Below, in pieces: positions 8,986 through 17,218 of a DNA stretch of 32,000 bases. Source of the DNA: Candidatus Saccharimonadota bacterium (lineage in GTDB: Bacteria; Patescibacteriota; Saccharimonadia; Saccharimonadales; UBA4665); NCBI GenBank assembly GCA_016699955.1, contig CP064993.1, forward strand, positions 1,110,001-1,142,000. The letters run 5' to 3'. The translations under genes were made by a program, and so were the position numbers. The notes beneath the pieces were generated by a model. It did no database searches, was not told the DNA's origin, and saw only the letters and a program-made list of their open reading frames with translations. Position 1 is the stretch's first letter. Each line of letters starts with the position of its first letter.

Positions 8986-10412
8986 TACATTACCTCCACT
9001 TGTACTGTTAAATTACTGCCGGCTACCGTGCTACCTATTTGGTCTATATCGACCGTTATGTAGGCCCCGTCGGCAACTGTTGTTATGTCCATATTAGTTA
9101 CTTTACCCGAAGTATTAGCACTAGTTGCAATAGTGGGCCGATTGCCTTGAGTGCTAAAAATCGTTGACCCGTTGCTATTGATGTCAATAAGTATTGACGA
9201 ACCGGTAGGTGCTGTGCCAACACTAGCACGCACGCTGCGAATAGTCCACGTTGTACCCGAGTCGTTGTAAAGCCTGTGCGTACCCGATACTACTACCAAC
9301 GTGCCCGAATACGAAAAGGGGTATGTGCGCGTTAGTGCCACAGTTGGTATTTGGGAGATTGGCACCTTTGTGCCGCTGTCTAGCGATGCATAGCCGTTTG
9401 CAGCAGCCTTGTTGATCGTTTGCTCGGCGCCTACTATACGGCTGTCGTTACCTTCGGCAGCCGTGCCAACACCCGTACCGTAAGTAACTGTTAGCGTGCG
9501 GTCGGCAGATAAGTCGCCACCACCTGTTAAACCAGTACCAGTAATAATCTGCCTGGTTGTTGGTACTGTGCTATTTAGCGCTGTTTGTGTCGCTGTCGAC
9601 ACAGGTTTGTCTGCGTCGCTGGTATTGTCTACATTTGCAAGCCCAACGGCAGTTTTGTCTAGTGCTTGCCAGGTTTTGTCACCACGCCAATACTGACCAG
9701 TAGTACCAGCAGTAATAGTTGGTTCTTTGCCGGCAAGCGCGGCGTTGACTGTACTGGTGTCTGCCTTATTAGCTAAGCCTGGAACGGTGGGCGAAGTAGC
9801 GGTGCCACCTAAGTCACCGGTAAGCTGAACAATACCCTTAGTGGTTGGAGAAGCGTCTGGAACGCTTGCAGTAGCGCCGTCGACATATGCTTTGCTGGCG
9901 GCATGGTTGGGTAGTGTTGGTACTGGAACAATTGGGGAGATGGTAAAAGTTTTGGTGCCGACCACTACTTCATTTCCGGTAGTGTGGACAGTAGTCGTGT
10001 TGTCGGCTTTTGTTGCAAGTGCAGTGTTGACTGTACTGGTGTCTGCCTTATTGGCTAAGCCTGGAACGGTCGGCAAAGTAGCGGTACCGTCTAAGTCACC
10101 AGCTAGCTGAACGATACCCTTAGTGGTTGGAGAAGCGTCTGGAACGCTTGTAGAAGCGCCGTCGACATATGCTTTGCTGGCGGCATGGTTGGGTAGTGTT
10201 GGTACTGGAACAATAGGGGAAAAGATAAAAGTTTTCGTGCCGCCCACTGCTTGGTTGCCGGTAGTGTGGACAGTAGTCGTGTTGTCGGCTTTTGTTGCAA
10301 GTGAACCGGTTTGTTTTAACGTGCCGTCAGCATTATGCTCAACCAAAAGAAAATCATTGAGAATATCTCCCCATAGACCATCATCACCGCCAGACGTAGG
10401 TAATCGACTCAC
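8985..10412 (-). CDS. Phage tail-fibre-like protein with two tandem 94-aa fibre repeats
   Basis: GTG start. The N-terminus is GDDGLWGDILNDFLLVEHNADGTLK. The repeats contain G.KTF...P.VP.P..PNHAASKAYVD, a phage tail-fibre repeat pattern. The C-terminal domain looks beta-rich. Confidence 0.65.
   Translation of the reverse strand: MSRLPTSGGDDGLWGDILNDFLLVEHNADGTLKQTGSLATKADNTTTVHTTGNQAVGGTKTFIFSPIVPVPTLPNHAASKAYVDGASTSVPDASPTTKGIVQLAGDLDGTATLPTVPGLANKADTSTVNTALATKADNTTTVHTTGNEVVVGTKTFTISPIVPVPTLPNHAASKAYVDGATASVPDASPTTKGIVQLTGDLGGTATSPTVPGLANKADTSTVNAALAGKEPTITAGTTGQYWRGDKTWQALDKTAVGLANVDNTSDADKPVSTATQTALNSTVPTTRQIITGTGLTGGGDLSADRTLTVTYGTGVGTAAEGNDSRIVGAEQTINKAAANGYASLDSGTKVPISQIPTVALTRTYPFSYSGTLVVVSGTHRLYNDSGTTWTIRSVRASVGTAPTGSSILIDINSNGSTIFSTQGNRPTIATSANTSGKVTNMDITTVADGAYITVDIDQIGSTVAGSNLTVQVEVM
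9735..10298 (-). repeat. Tandem duplication, 2 x 282 nt, inside the tail-fibre-like gene
   Basis: The DNA starting at 9841 and the DNA starting at 10123 align at an offset of exactly 282 nt with high identity. This corresponds to aa 39-132 and 133-226. Confidence 0.9.
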
Positions 10413-10461
10413 GGTGCAGTTATGTCCAATCTGTTCTATTTCTCGATGTTGCTGTAGCAGT

Positions 10462-10470
10462 ATTGTACCA
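10462..10470 (-). promoter_or_regulatory. Possible extended -10 (TGGTACAAT on the minus strand) for the tail-fibre-like operon
   Basis: The reverse complement of 10462-10470 is TGGTACAAT, about 50 nt upstream of the GTG start at 10412. Confidence 0.3.
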
Positions 10471-10609
10471 TAAGCGGCATGTTGTTAGCTATTAAACCTA
10501 CAACTACCCCTAAACTGCTACACTCAAGACTTCAAACAAAAAAGGATATATTCACTCTCCGTCTGTACAACATGGTTTGTAACAACTAAATCATATGAAG
10601 GAGGCGCAT

Positions 10610-10750
10610 ATGCCCTGTGCCCATATTACCCACCACCTTTACTACGCTAAGAACTGTACTAAATACATAAATAGCGGTCGTAGATGTTCTATATATCCAC
10701 CCAAAAAAGGACATGCCATTTTAGGCCGACTGAACCATTATTATCGGTAA
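10610..10750 (+). CDS. Candidate 46-aa basic His/Tyr/Cys-rich small protein
   Basis: It encodes MPCAHITHHLYYAKNCTKYINSGRRCSIYPPKKGHAILGRLNHYYR. GAAGGAGG lies at 10598-10605, ending 4 nt before the ATG. It is below the ORF-track size cut-off and is the only ORF with a strong ribosome-binding site in a gap of about 500 nt. Confidence 0.35.
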   Translation: MPCAHITHHLYYAKNCTKYINSGRRCSIYPPKKGHAILGRLNHYYR

Positions 10751-10908
10751 TCAATCCTTAACATAGTGTACGCCATAAGCTCGAAACGCTGCTTATCTTA
10801 TTAACTCAGACAATGGGCTCATAGTCTGTCACCCTAGTGTACGGGTGAACAGTTCCGGCTAGGAGAACTCTGTTCTTGTATAGCCGGACGGGCAAGAGTT
10901 ATTCCTGA

Positions 10909-11307
10909 CTATTTTTTGTTTGCCCCAGGAAGCGGTGCTCCCCGCCGGGGCCTTTTTTCAATATCAGATGTTAACCTATATGATACTGTTGCAAGCAGCA
11001 ATATTATTATGGCGTTTACCGGGTTGATAAGATTGTCATACCATCCTGGACTTAAAGTATTTGGCGCACAGCCCGGTTGATGCCATATTTCACATACGAC
11101 GGTTCTGTACACTGGAAAAACAGCAATACTTCTTGTCTGTCGAGCGCAATTACCTGATTCGCTGATTGTATCAGTGATGCCGTTATATTTATCGGAACTT
11201 TCATTACAATTTGGAATTGCTTCAAAAGTAGATACCATCGGCGAGAGTGAAAAAAGAATGATGAATATAGCAAAGAAAATTGCCGTTAACTTGATAGTAA
11301 CCTTCAT
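10909..11307 (-). CDS. Hypothetical secreted or membrane protein (signal/anchor, 4 Cys, C-terminal TM)
   Basis: 132-aa ORF with an N-terminal hydrophobic segment, a cysteine-containing middle region and a C-terminal helix followed by a basic tail. Confidence 0.5.
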   Translation of the reverse strand: MKVTIKLTAIFFAIFIILFSLSPMVSTFEAIPNCNESSDKYNGITDTISESGNCARQTRSIAVFPVYRTVVCEIWHQPGCAPNTLSPGWYDNLINPVNAIIILLLATVSYRLTSDIEKRPRRGAPLPGANKK

Positions 11308-11366
11308 GACAAAAGTATATCACTAACCTTAATCTATATAAAAAAACCTGTCGCATATCGGCTAAT

Positions 11367-12080
11367 CTATTGGTTAAATAATTCAATAACAAAGTCAGTG
11401 CTTTTTGTGATTATTTCTTCTGCTTGGTCATATGTCCAACTACTATGATTATAGCCCACATAATCCACCACCTTATGGTTGGGTTGGGCATTGTCCGAGA
11501 TTGCTTTTCGGTTCGCCGTATCTACATATTCGTCGTCAGTACACTGAACAATAAATGCAGGTGCTTTCAGCCTGACCAATTTATCAGCGACTCTCGCATC
11601 ATGTGCTTGTTGCCAAAAAGCTGCTTGCACCCTCTGGCCACCTTCTTCTATGTAGCCACTTTCTGGGTATATAAATTCTTCAATATTTGGATCAGGCACC
11701 CAAGCAACAACTGCCGTCAGCTCAGAAAGCTCAGAGCCGACTGAAATGACAGTTGACCCACCCATACTTTGACCAAATAATGCGACCTTGTAGCCTTTGT
11801 TCAAATAATTATTTGCGATGGCTTTAGTAGTAGCAAGCCAATCATCAAAGTTTGAGTTGAAAAAATCACCATCAGAATTACCGCTACCGTACTGGTCAAA
11901 GCGAATACTGGATATGCCTGCTTCTTCAAATTTTTGAGCTGCTCGTACAAAAAAACATCTAGGACCAACCGCCGTCCCTCGGTATCCGTGACAGAAAATG
12001 ACAATACTCTTAGATTTTGCATCGTGATGAGATACGGCTATATTGTGATTATTATATTCTTCAGTTCTGACTTCGATCAT
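11367..12080 (-). CDS. Alpha/beta-fold hydrolase
   Basis: HGYRG oxyanion-region motif, nucleophile elbow GQSMGG (G.S.G), and later conserved Asp (CTDDEYVD) and His (GYNHS) positions. Confidence 0.75.
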   Translation of the reverse strand: MIEVRTEEYNNHNIAVSHHDAKSKSIVIFCHGYRGTAVGPRCFFVRAAQKFEEAGISSIRFDQYGSGNSDGDFFNSNFDDWLATTKAIANNYLNKGYKVALFGQSMGGSTVISVGSELSELTAVVAWVPDPNIEEFIYPESGYIEEGGQRVQAAFWQQAHDARVADKLVRLKAPAFIVQCTDDEYVDTANRKAISDNAQPNHKVVDYVGYNHSSWTYDQAEEIITKSTDFVIELFNQ

Positions 12081-12226
12081 TAAGCTAACTATAACAAAAA
12101 ATGCTCAATTATTGCGCGATTATGTTAGACGATATGCTGTTTAATAATTCTCTGGGTCGCAGTACGAGGTTGTCGAAAATATTGCTATTAAAACCAGAAG
12201 CCCCCTGAGTGAGGCAGTGTAGGATT

Positions 12227-12631
12227 CTAGACTTGCTTTTTTGTCTTGGCAGTACAATGATTAATAGTCACATATCCGAAAACCGCTACAGCGATAATTC
12301 CATACAGCGCATCAAGCAAATCTGGTGTATTGAAGTTAATAAAATCGACACCTAGAAGTCGAAGCGTGTCGAGCTTAATGGCTGTTTCAACGACAATATT
12401 TACTAACAGCCAAAAAGCAAGAGCTGTGAGGAGTGAAAATTTTGTCAGTTTGCGTTTTAGCAAATCTGGGAATATCGATAAACAAAGGAAACCTCCAGTT
12501 ATTGCGAAGTTCGTAATGTGCACCGATACATACGGGATTTGCGTAAAACGTAGCGCGTAACTGGCAGCAAAAACTATCAACATACCCGTGTATAATAATT
12601 TATTTTTAATCTTGTATGTTTGCTTCATCAC
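12227..12631 (-). CDS. Hypothetical four-helix membrane protein (possibly VanZ-like)
   Basis: 134-aa hydrophobic ORF. The VanZ resemblance is weak. Confidence 0.45.
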   Translation of the reverse strand: MMKQTYKIKNKLLYTGMLIVFAASYALRFTQIPYVSVHITNFAITGGFLCLSIFPDLLKRKLTKFSLLTALAFWLLVNIVVETAIKLDTLRLLGVDFINFNTPDLLDALYGIIAVAVFGYVTINHCTAKTKKQV

Positions 12632-12680
12632 TTATCAAAAATAATAACATAATCGCACCGCAAAAAAGGTGTTTTAAAAG

Positions 12681-12755
12681 CTCGTATTCGTCGATATGGT
12701 GATATATACTCAAAACATGAAAAGAACCTATCCAAGCACACTCGATATAGTAATT
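12681..12755 (+). repeat. Copy B of the 75-nt duplicated module; here it forms a 14-codon upstream ORF (12717-12761)
   Basis: It encodes MKRTYPSTLDIVIV*. Its TGA overlaps the ATG at 12758 (GTATGAATATG). Confidence 0.85.
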
Positions 12756-12757
12756 GT

Positions 12758-13390
12758 ATGAATATGCAAAACCAAACAGAGTCAGCACAAAATGATGAAC
12801 GCCAGAGTAAACCTGTAATGAGTGAAAAGATAGTTAAGCGCAGCCGTTACGGCTTGGGTATTTTACTTGCACTCGTATTTATGCTGGTGGCTACCGTCAT
12901 GCTGTTTGTTTCTAGTAGCAGGGCGACGAAGGTGCAGAATGACCGGCAAACAGCAGAAATCGCTCGCCTTTCAGCTGAGAACAAAGAAATTCAAAGAAAA
13001 ACCAACCCGGCTATTAGTAACGAATATCTTATAATTAAAGAGTGGGGCGTGAAGATCCCGCAAAATTACGTTGGTGATATGTATTATAAAGTTGAGGGCA
13101 ACGTTGCAGTTTTTGGTTCCAAGACTCTAGATTCTGTATGTAAAGGACAGGAAGTAAGAGTCGGGCGCGGCACCGGCGATGAAATATGGCGCAGTAGCGG
13201 CGGGGATGCGATTGGTACCACCAAAGAAAGGTACGATAAGCTGCGGGCAGCAGGCTCGCAGACTGTTTGGAAGGTTGGCGATTACTATTACCTCTACCCC
13301 ATAATTGGGCAATCAGCATGCGCCGTTGAGCTCGAGCGAGCTGCCACTTATGATATTTTAAGCAGAGTAATTTTTATGGAGACTTTGTAG
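12758..13390 (+). CDS. Hypothetical membrane-anchored protein
   Basis: 210-aa ORF with a single N-terminal TM helix (LGILLALVFMLVATVMLFV) and a soluble C-terminal domain. Confidence 0.55.
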   Translation: MNMQNQTESAQNDERQSKPVMSEKIVKRSRYGLGILLALVFMLVATVMLFVSSSRATKVQNDRQTAEIARLSAENKEIQRKTNPAISNEYLIIKEWGVKIPQNYVGDMYYKVEGNVAVFGSKTLDSVCKGQEVRVGRGTGDEIWRSSGGDAIGTTKERYDKLRAAGSQTVWKVGDYYYLYPIIGQSACAVELERAATYDILSRVIFMETL

Positions 13391-13542
13391 CCTTACCGAC
13401 CCACGGCTATTCTTTATGTAAATTGTATCATCCAGCCCCCGCAACAGGCGACCTGCATGCCACAGCAACAATACTGAGATTTCAGTGCCCCGGCTAGTTT
13501 GTTAAGAATTGAATCATAAGATTCAATTAATTGTATGGATTT

Positions 13543-13869
13543 TTACCATTTTTTACGCATATCATTGAGCACCGATGCTTCGTTGCATTCACAACCAATA
13601 CCACCTGTTGTTGCCTGCCGTTCACATAATTTCACTGCCTCATCGCCGTACAGTTTATCGATTGCGTCAGTTGGCCCGCTTTGGAGAGCGTAGTTTATTT
13701 CATGACAAAACTCAGGTTTCTGCATTTCGATTGCATCTGCATATTTTGGATTATATTGTGACGAGATCGTACCTGTACTTACTCGAGGATTATTCACGAT
13801 AAACAAAAAGGCGACTGATGCACATACAACTACCAGTGCAATACTGGCAATTGCAATATATTTTTTCAT
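13543..13869 (-). CDS. Small secreted or anchored cysteine-containing protein
   Basis: 108-aa ORF with an N-terminal signal/anchor (IAIASIALVVVCASVAFLFIV) and 5 further Cys. Confidence 0.5.
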   Translation of the reverse strand: MKKYIAIASIALVVVCASVAFLFIVNNPRVSTGTISSQYNPKYADAIEMQKPEFCHEINYALQSGPTDAIDKLYGDEAVKLCERQATTGGIGCECNEASVLNDMRKKW

Positions 13870-14017
13870 ATATTAATAGTACCATGCGCGGCGAATCTCA
13901 GATTTGTGCGTCAAATTTTATGGCCTCTAAACGAACGAATTGTTGGCTGCAAGGGCTTACTTAGCTGTTACTACTCACCCTGGTGCGACGTGAAACTGCC
14001 CGGAAATAACTGCCCTG

Positions 14018-14362
14018 CTAGGTTTTAACGCGTACAAAAATCATCTCGTGCTCATCGTTGCTCGAATTATAAATCATATGCTGGGTGTTTGCAGGATATA
14101 TAAAGACATCTCCTGGTTCATAGGTATAAACACCATCCTCATCATGTACTTCACCGCAACCTTTTACCACAATCATGATTTCTTCAATATCTTCGTGTTC
14201 ATGCCAATCAAAAGAATTGCCCGCAGGGAGGTAGCCATGCGTCACCATCTCAAGGTGAGGACTGCTCAGGTGTTCGGTTGATGCATAGACTCTACGAGAA
14301 CCGCTGCCACCGTGTGCGTCTTCTTTCGCGACTTCCGAAGCAGGACGTTTAATGATTTTCAT
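14018..14362 (-). CDS. Cupin domain protein
   Basis: Cupin motif 1 (G..FDWHEHEDIEEIMIVVKGCGEV) and motif 2 (PGDVFIYPANTQHMIYN). Confidence 0.8.
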   Translation of the reverse strand: MKIIKRPASEVAKEDAHGGSGSRRVYASTEHLSSPHLEMVTHGYLPAGNSFDWHEHEDIEEIMIVVKGCGEVHDEDGVYTYEPGDVFIYPANTQHMIYNSSNDEHEMIFVRVKT

Positions 14363-14443
14363 ATATCTATGATATCAAAAAGCCAGAATATGTTTTCTTT
14401 AAGGAATCATTTTGAAAGATACAAAGAACGGGCGCTTTTGTAC

Positions 14444-14956
14444 TTATATGGGCTCACAACCAAGCTCACCCGATGCATCCAGGGAGACGTAGACGGGCGT
14501 TCCGTCAGTATTGTCAGACGTTATGGAACCCCTGATGCACATTAACTTATCACCTTCGCCTTTACGAAATTTAAAATACGTTTCTGTACTATCAGAGATA
14601 TTAACGGGATACTCTACCCATGAATTCTCCAGCAATCGTTCGCGTAGGGTACTGACTACGGTCGGGTCTGAAAAGTTAAGCGCAATATGCCGCTCATAGT
14701 GCCAAGCCCCTTTGTAATCTTGATAGCGACCAGTATCGGCCTCAGCTCTGTATTGTGGTTTTGGTAAATCAAGGCCCGATTCGAGTTGACGCAGCGCTAT
14801 CATCTGTTCGCTTGGAAACAGCGCATGACGATTATAGTACACGGTCCATGCAATTCCCAAGATGGCGACAACTGATAGTAGCACTGTTAGGCGTTTCCGG
14901 TTCATATTCATTAACAGTATAGCAAGTCTTCGGTGTGGCGACGGAATATATGTCAT
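14444..14956 (-). CDS. Hypothetical membrane-anchored protein
   Basis: 170-aa ORF with one TM helix (LTVLLSVVAILGIAWTVYY). The true start may be the internal MNMNRKRL. Confidence 0.5.
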   Translation of the reverse strand: MTYIPSPHRRLAILLMNMNRKRLTVLLSVVAILGIAWTVYYNRHALFPSEQMIALRQLESGLDLPKPQYRAEADTGRYQDYKGAWHYERHIALNFSDPTVVSTLRERLLENSWVEYPVNISDSTETYFKFRKGEGDKLMCIRGSITSDNTDGTPVYVSLDASGELGCEPI

Positions 14957-15243
14957 CGGTTCTGAATAATCTTATAAAATTTACAAGTCTGACATGCTCT
15001 ATACTATTTACCTTCAGCTAAAGCTTCAGGCGTAAGAATGAATCATGTCACTGTACGTTTCTAATGAAACTACATAGGTAAATCGATTAATACATAACCT
15101 ACCATTATATTTGGCTCGCTCCTCACGCACCGCTCCACATCCTGGAATTCGATCCAAGCATCAAAATAAGTAGCATTTGTTGGCACTAAAGGTTTACCGA
15201 GTTGTTTCTGGGGCTGCACAGCGTTACCAATGATAGATCGAAT

Positions 15244-15975
15244 CTAACTCAAAGAGATTATTAGCAAGACAGTTGCCAGAGGCAAAATAAAAGGCAGACC
15301 GACGATAAATAGTATTAAATACTGGCCTTTCTCGCTATCAATAATCTTTAGCCGCCGCGTTAGACTAACAGCGTAAGCGTGTGATTGGTTCAAATAATTG
15401 GATCTGGTGATGACAAAGCTCATCAAATATTGTAGCTGCAAGGCTAGCACAAGTATGACACTTCTATAGCTAGCATCGGTATCGTAATATCCGATCACCG
15501 CCACATAAAGCACAATAATGGAGTATAAGGAGGCCAGTATTCCTATAATTGTGTTCTTCGTGTTAGCGTTCAACCTGTAAGCACTGATGCGAGGCACTAA
15601 AAACGGTAGCGTTCCGACAAGCACGACAGCCCAGTTTATGGACGGTGTGTGTACACCTGAGCCGAAAGCGTCTTTAGAGATTGCAAGAGCAATAGTAGCA
15701 ACTGAAACAAACCAAAAAAATACGAGTGAAGTGATTCCTACAAGCTTTACAATTACCCAATCCTTACTTTGAAATATTAGTTTTGCTAAATGTATTAACT
15801 GCCACGAGATTAACAATCCTAGAGCAATAGCAATAGTGACAAATGCTTCGTAGCCTTCATTACCAAAAATAAATGCAGTAAGTAGGCTAAATAATAAAGC
15901 GAGTACCACGTAAACACTAGTCAGAAAATTAACTGTAATCACACTTGAAGTATAGCAAATGTTAGAATGTCCCAC
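15244..15975 (-). CDS. Hypothetical multi-pass membrane protein
   Basis: 243-aa ORF with about 7 hydrophobic segments. Confidence 0.55.
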   Translation of the reverse strand: MGHSNICYTSSVITVNFLTSVYVVLALLFSLLTAFIFGNEGYEAFVTIAIALGLLISWQLIHLAKLIFQSKDWVIVKLVGITSLVFFWFVSVATIALAISKDAFGSGVHTPSINWAVVLVGTLPFLVPRISAYRLNANTKNTIIGILASLYSIIVLYVAVIGYYDTDASYRSVILVLALQLQYLMSFVITRSNYLNQSHAYAVSLTRRLKIIDSEKGQYLILFIVGLPFILPLATVLLIISLS

Positions 15976-16073
15976 TTTACAACTTAGTGTACCCCTGGCT
16001 CAGTGTAAGCGCGGCTATTAGCGCCTAAGGGCGCTAACGAGCGAGAGCAAGGCTTTCAGGGTTGGGTGGGCTT

Positions 16074-16104
16074 AAACAGCTGGAGTTACTCCAGCTGTTT
16101 TTCT
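16074..16104 (+). terminator. Strong rho-independent-type terminator oriented on the plus strand, between two minus-strand genes
   Basis: AAACAGCTGGAG, loop TTA, CTCCAGCTGTTT form a 12-bp perfect stem followed by TTCT, giving the tail TTTTTCT. On the minus strand the tail would be only TTTAAG. Confidence 0.55.
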
Positions 16105-16146
16105 GGGCTATGTTATACATCAGGTTGGAATGTTATTTCTTGCGGA

Positions 16147-16929
16147 CTAATCTTTTACAGTTTTAGCTTTTTCAATAGCTAAATACATCCTGAAACGAGT
16201 CATCAAAAGCAGACCTCTCAGTGTAAATGCTTTTACATACTCCCGATGTTTATAGTCCCATAAGCCAAGCTTAGTGGGCTTTTGACCAGTTCGCTGTTCG
16301 TTTCTAAGCGTTGTAAGACCAGCCCGATTCATCGCTCTTAGATATGCGACTTTGTCTCTGGGTACGCTGGAATCTTTAATCGCTTCGTTAAGCTTTCTTC
16401 TACTTACATTTTTTCGAAGCTCAGTAGTAAGGTAGCGAGTAGAACATACACTGGATCTTTTATTCATGAGTGGGCCAATTATAAGCTTGCTAGATCGACC
16501 ACTCTTGAGCAGTTTTAGCATGTTAATTATCCCTACTTTTATCAAAGCAGGATCCTCAAGCCCAATATGGGGCAATATCCAAAATGCATAGATTATGTCA
16601 TATTGTGGTTTGGGTAGATCATTTATATTAAGAACATCGCCACTTTTATACTTTAAGTTACTTGGAGCTTTGCGTCTCAAGTGAGTAAGCTCATCTACCG
16701 TATAGCTAACATCTAGATTCGTCCAAACTATGTCTGGCCTTAACTTTGTAATAACTTGCCCCAGTTCAGAGTTTCCAGCACCAACATCAAGGATTTCTGC
16801 AGAACAAGGAAGAGACATGGCATAACCATCAATACTTGACGCTCCATATACTGTGGCTAGAAATTCTGCGGTACTCGCAGTCACTGGCGCTCGTTTATAA
16901 ATTGGAATATATTTCTTACTCAAATTCAT
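16147..16929 (-). CDS. Class I SAM-dependent methyltransferase-like protein
   Basis: Motif I-like ILDVGAGNSELG followed by an acidic post-I (NLDVS). The substrate is unknown. Confidence 0.55.
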   Translation of the reverse strand: MNLSKKYIPIYKRAPVTASTAEFLATVYGASSIDGYAMSLPCSAEILDVGAGNSELGQVITKLRPDIVWTNLDVSYTVDELTHLRRKAPSNLKYKSGDVLNINDLPKPQYDIIYAFWILPHIGLEDPALIKVGIINMLKLLKSGRSSKLIIGPLMNKRSSVCSTRYLTTELRKNVSRRKLNEAIKDSSVPRDKVAYLRAMNRAGLTTLRNEQRTGQKPTKLGLWDYKHREYVKAFTLRGLLLMTRFRMYLAIEKAKTVKD

Positions 16930-17218
16930 AGATCAACTATAACAAAAGTTATGACGTAACACTTACGCCAAAATTTATAGCAGGTATAGTTCCCGGAGCC
17001 GTAAGCATATAGGTCTGGTACGATTTTTTTGGTTCTTAAATTCATCGATTAGTCGTTGGATATTTGGGGTAGGTTTTCTGCAAGTACAAAATTTCAAATG
17101 TTCAATGTACCATAAGACCTTTTGCTTACGCGTTAGGTTTTTTAGCAATTATGTAGCGCCTGGTATCTTTGGCAAGCACCTCAGGTATGTATATTGGCCA
17201 AGCTTATAATTCCGCTAC

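Noticed and set aside
7819-10298. A CRISPR-like or other non-coding tandem repeat array.
   Set aside because: Both repeat sets (7819-7953 and 9735-10298) are in-frame coding repeats without unique spacers. No CRISPR repeat-spacer pattern occurs anywhere in the window.
7759-10412. A prophage call for the tail-fibre region.
   Set aside because: Only three tail-fibre-type genes are present. No capsid, portal, terminase, tape-measure, lysis or integrase genes flank them, so only a fibre-like module is called.
9496-10473. Plus-strand ORFs 9496-9696, 9841-10110 and 10123-10473, and minus-strand ORF 10103-10300.
   Set aside because: They are shadow ORFs in other frames of the tail-fibre gene. The two plus-strand ORFs at 9841 and 10123 simply mirror the 282-nt duplication.
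12606-12788. The 60-aa minus-strand ORF across the 75-nt repeat copy B.
   Set aside because: It overlaps both the end of the 12227-12631 gene region and the start of the plus-strand gene. The plus-strand upstream-ORF and gene arrangement explains the sequence better.
14957-15243. Possible gene remnant or tRNA-like piece (CTGGAATTCGATCCAAG, TTGGCTCGC, TTCTGGGGCTGC) in a 287-nt spacer.
   Set aside because: The T-arm-like segment has only a 3-bp stem and a non-canonical loop. The motif matches are short (6-8 nt). They are noted only as possible eroded junction sequence and not called as a feature.
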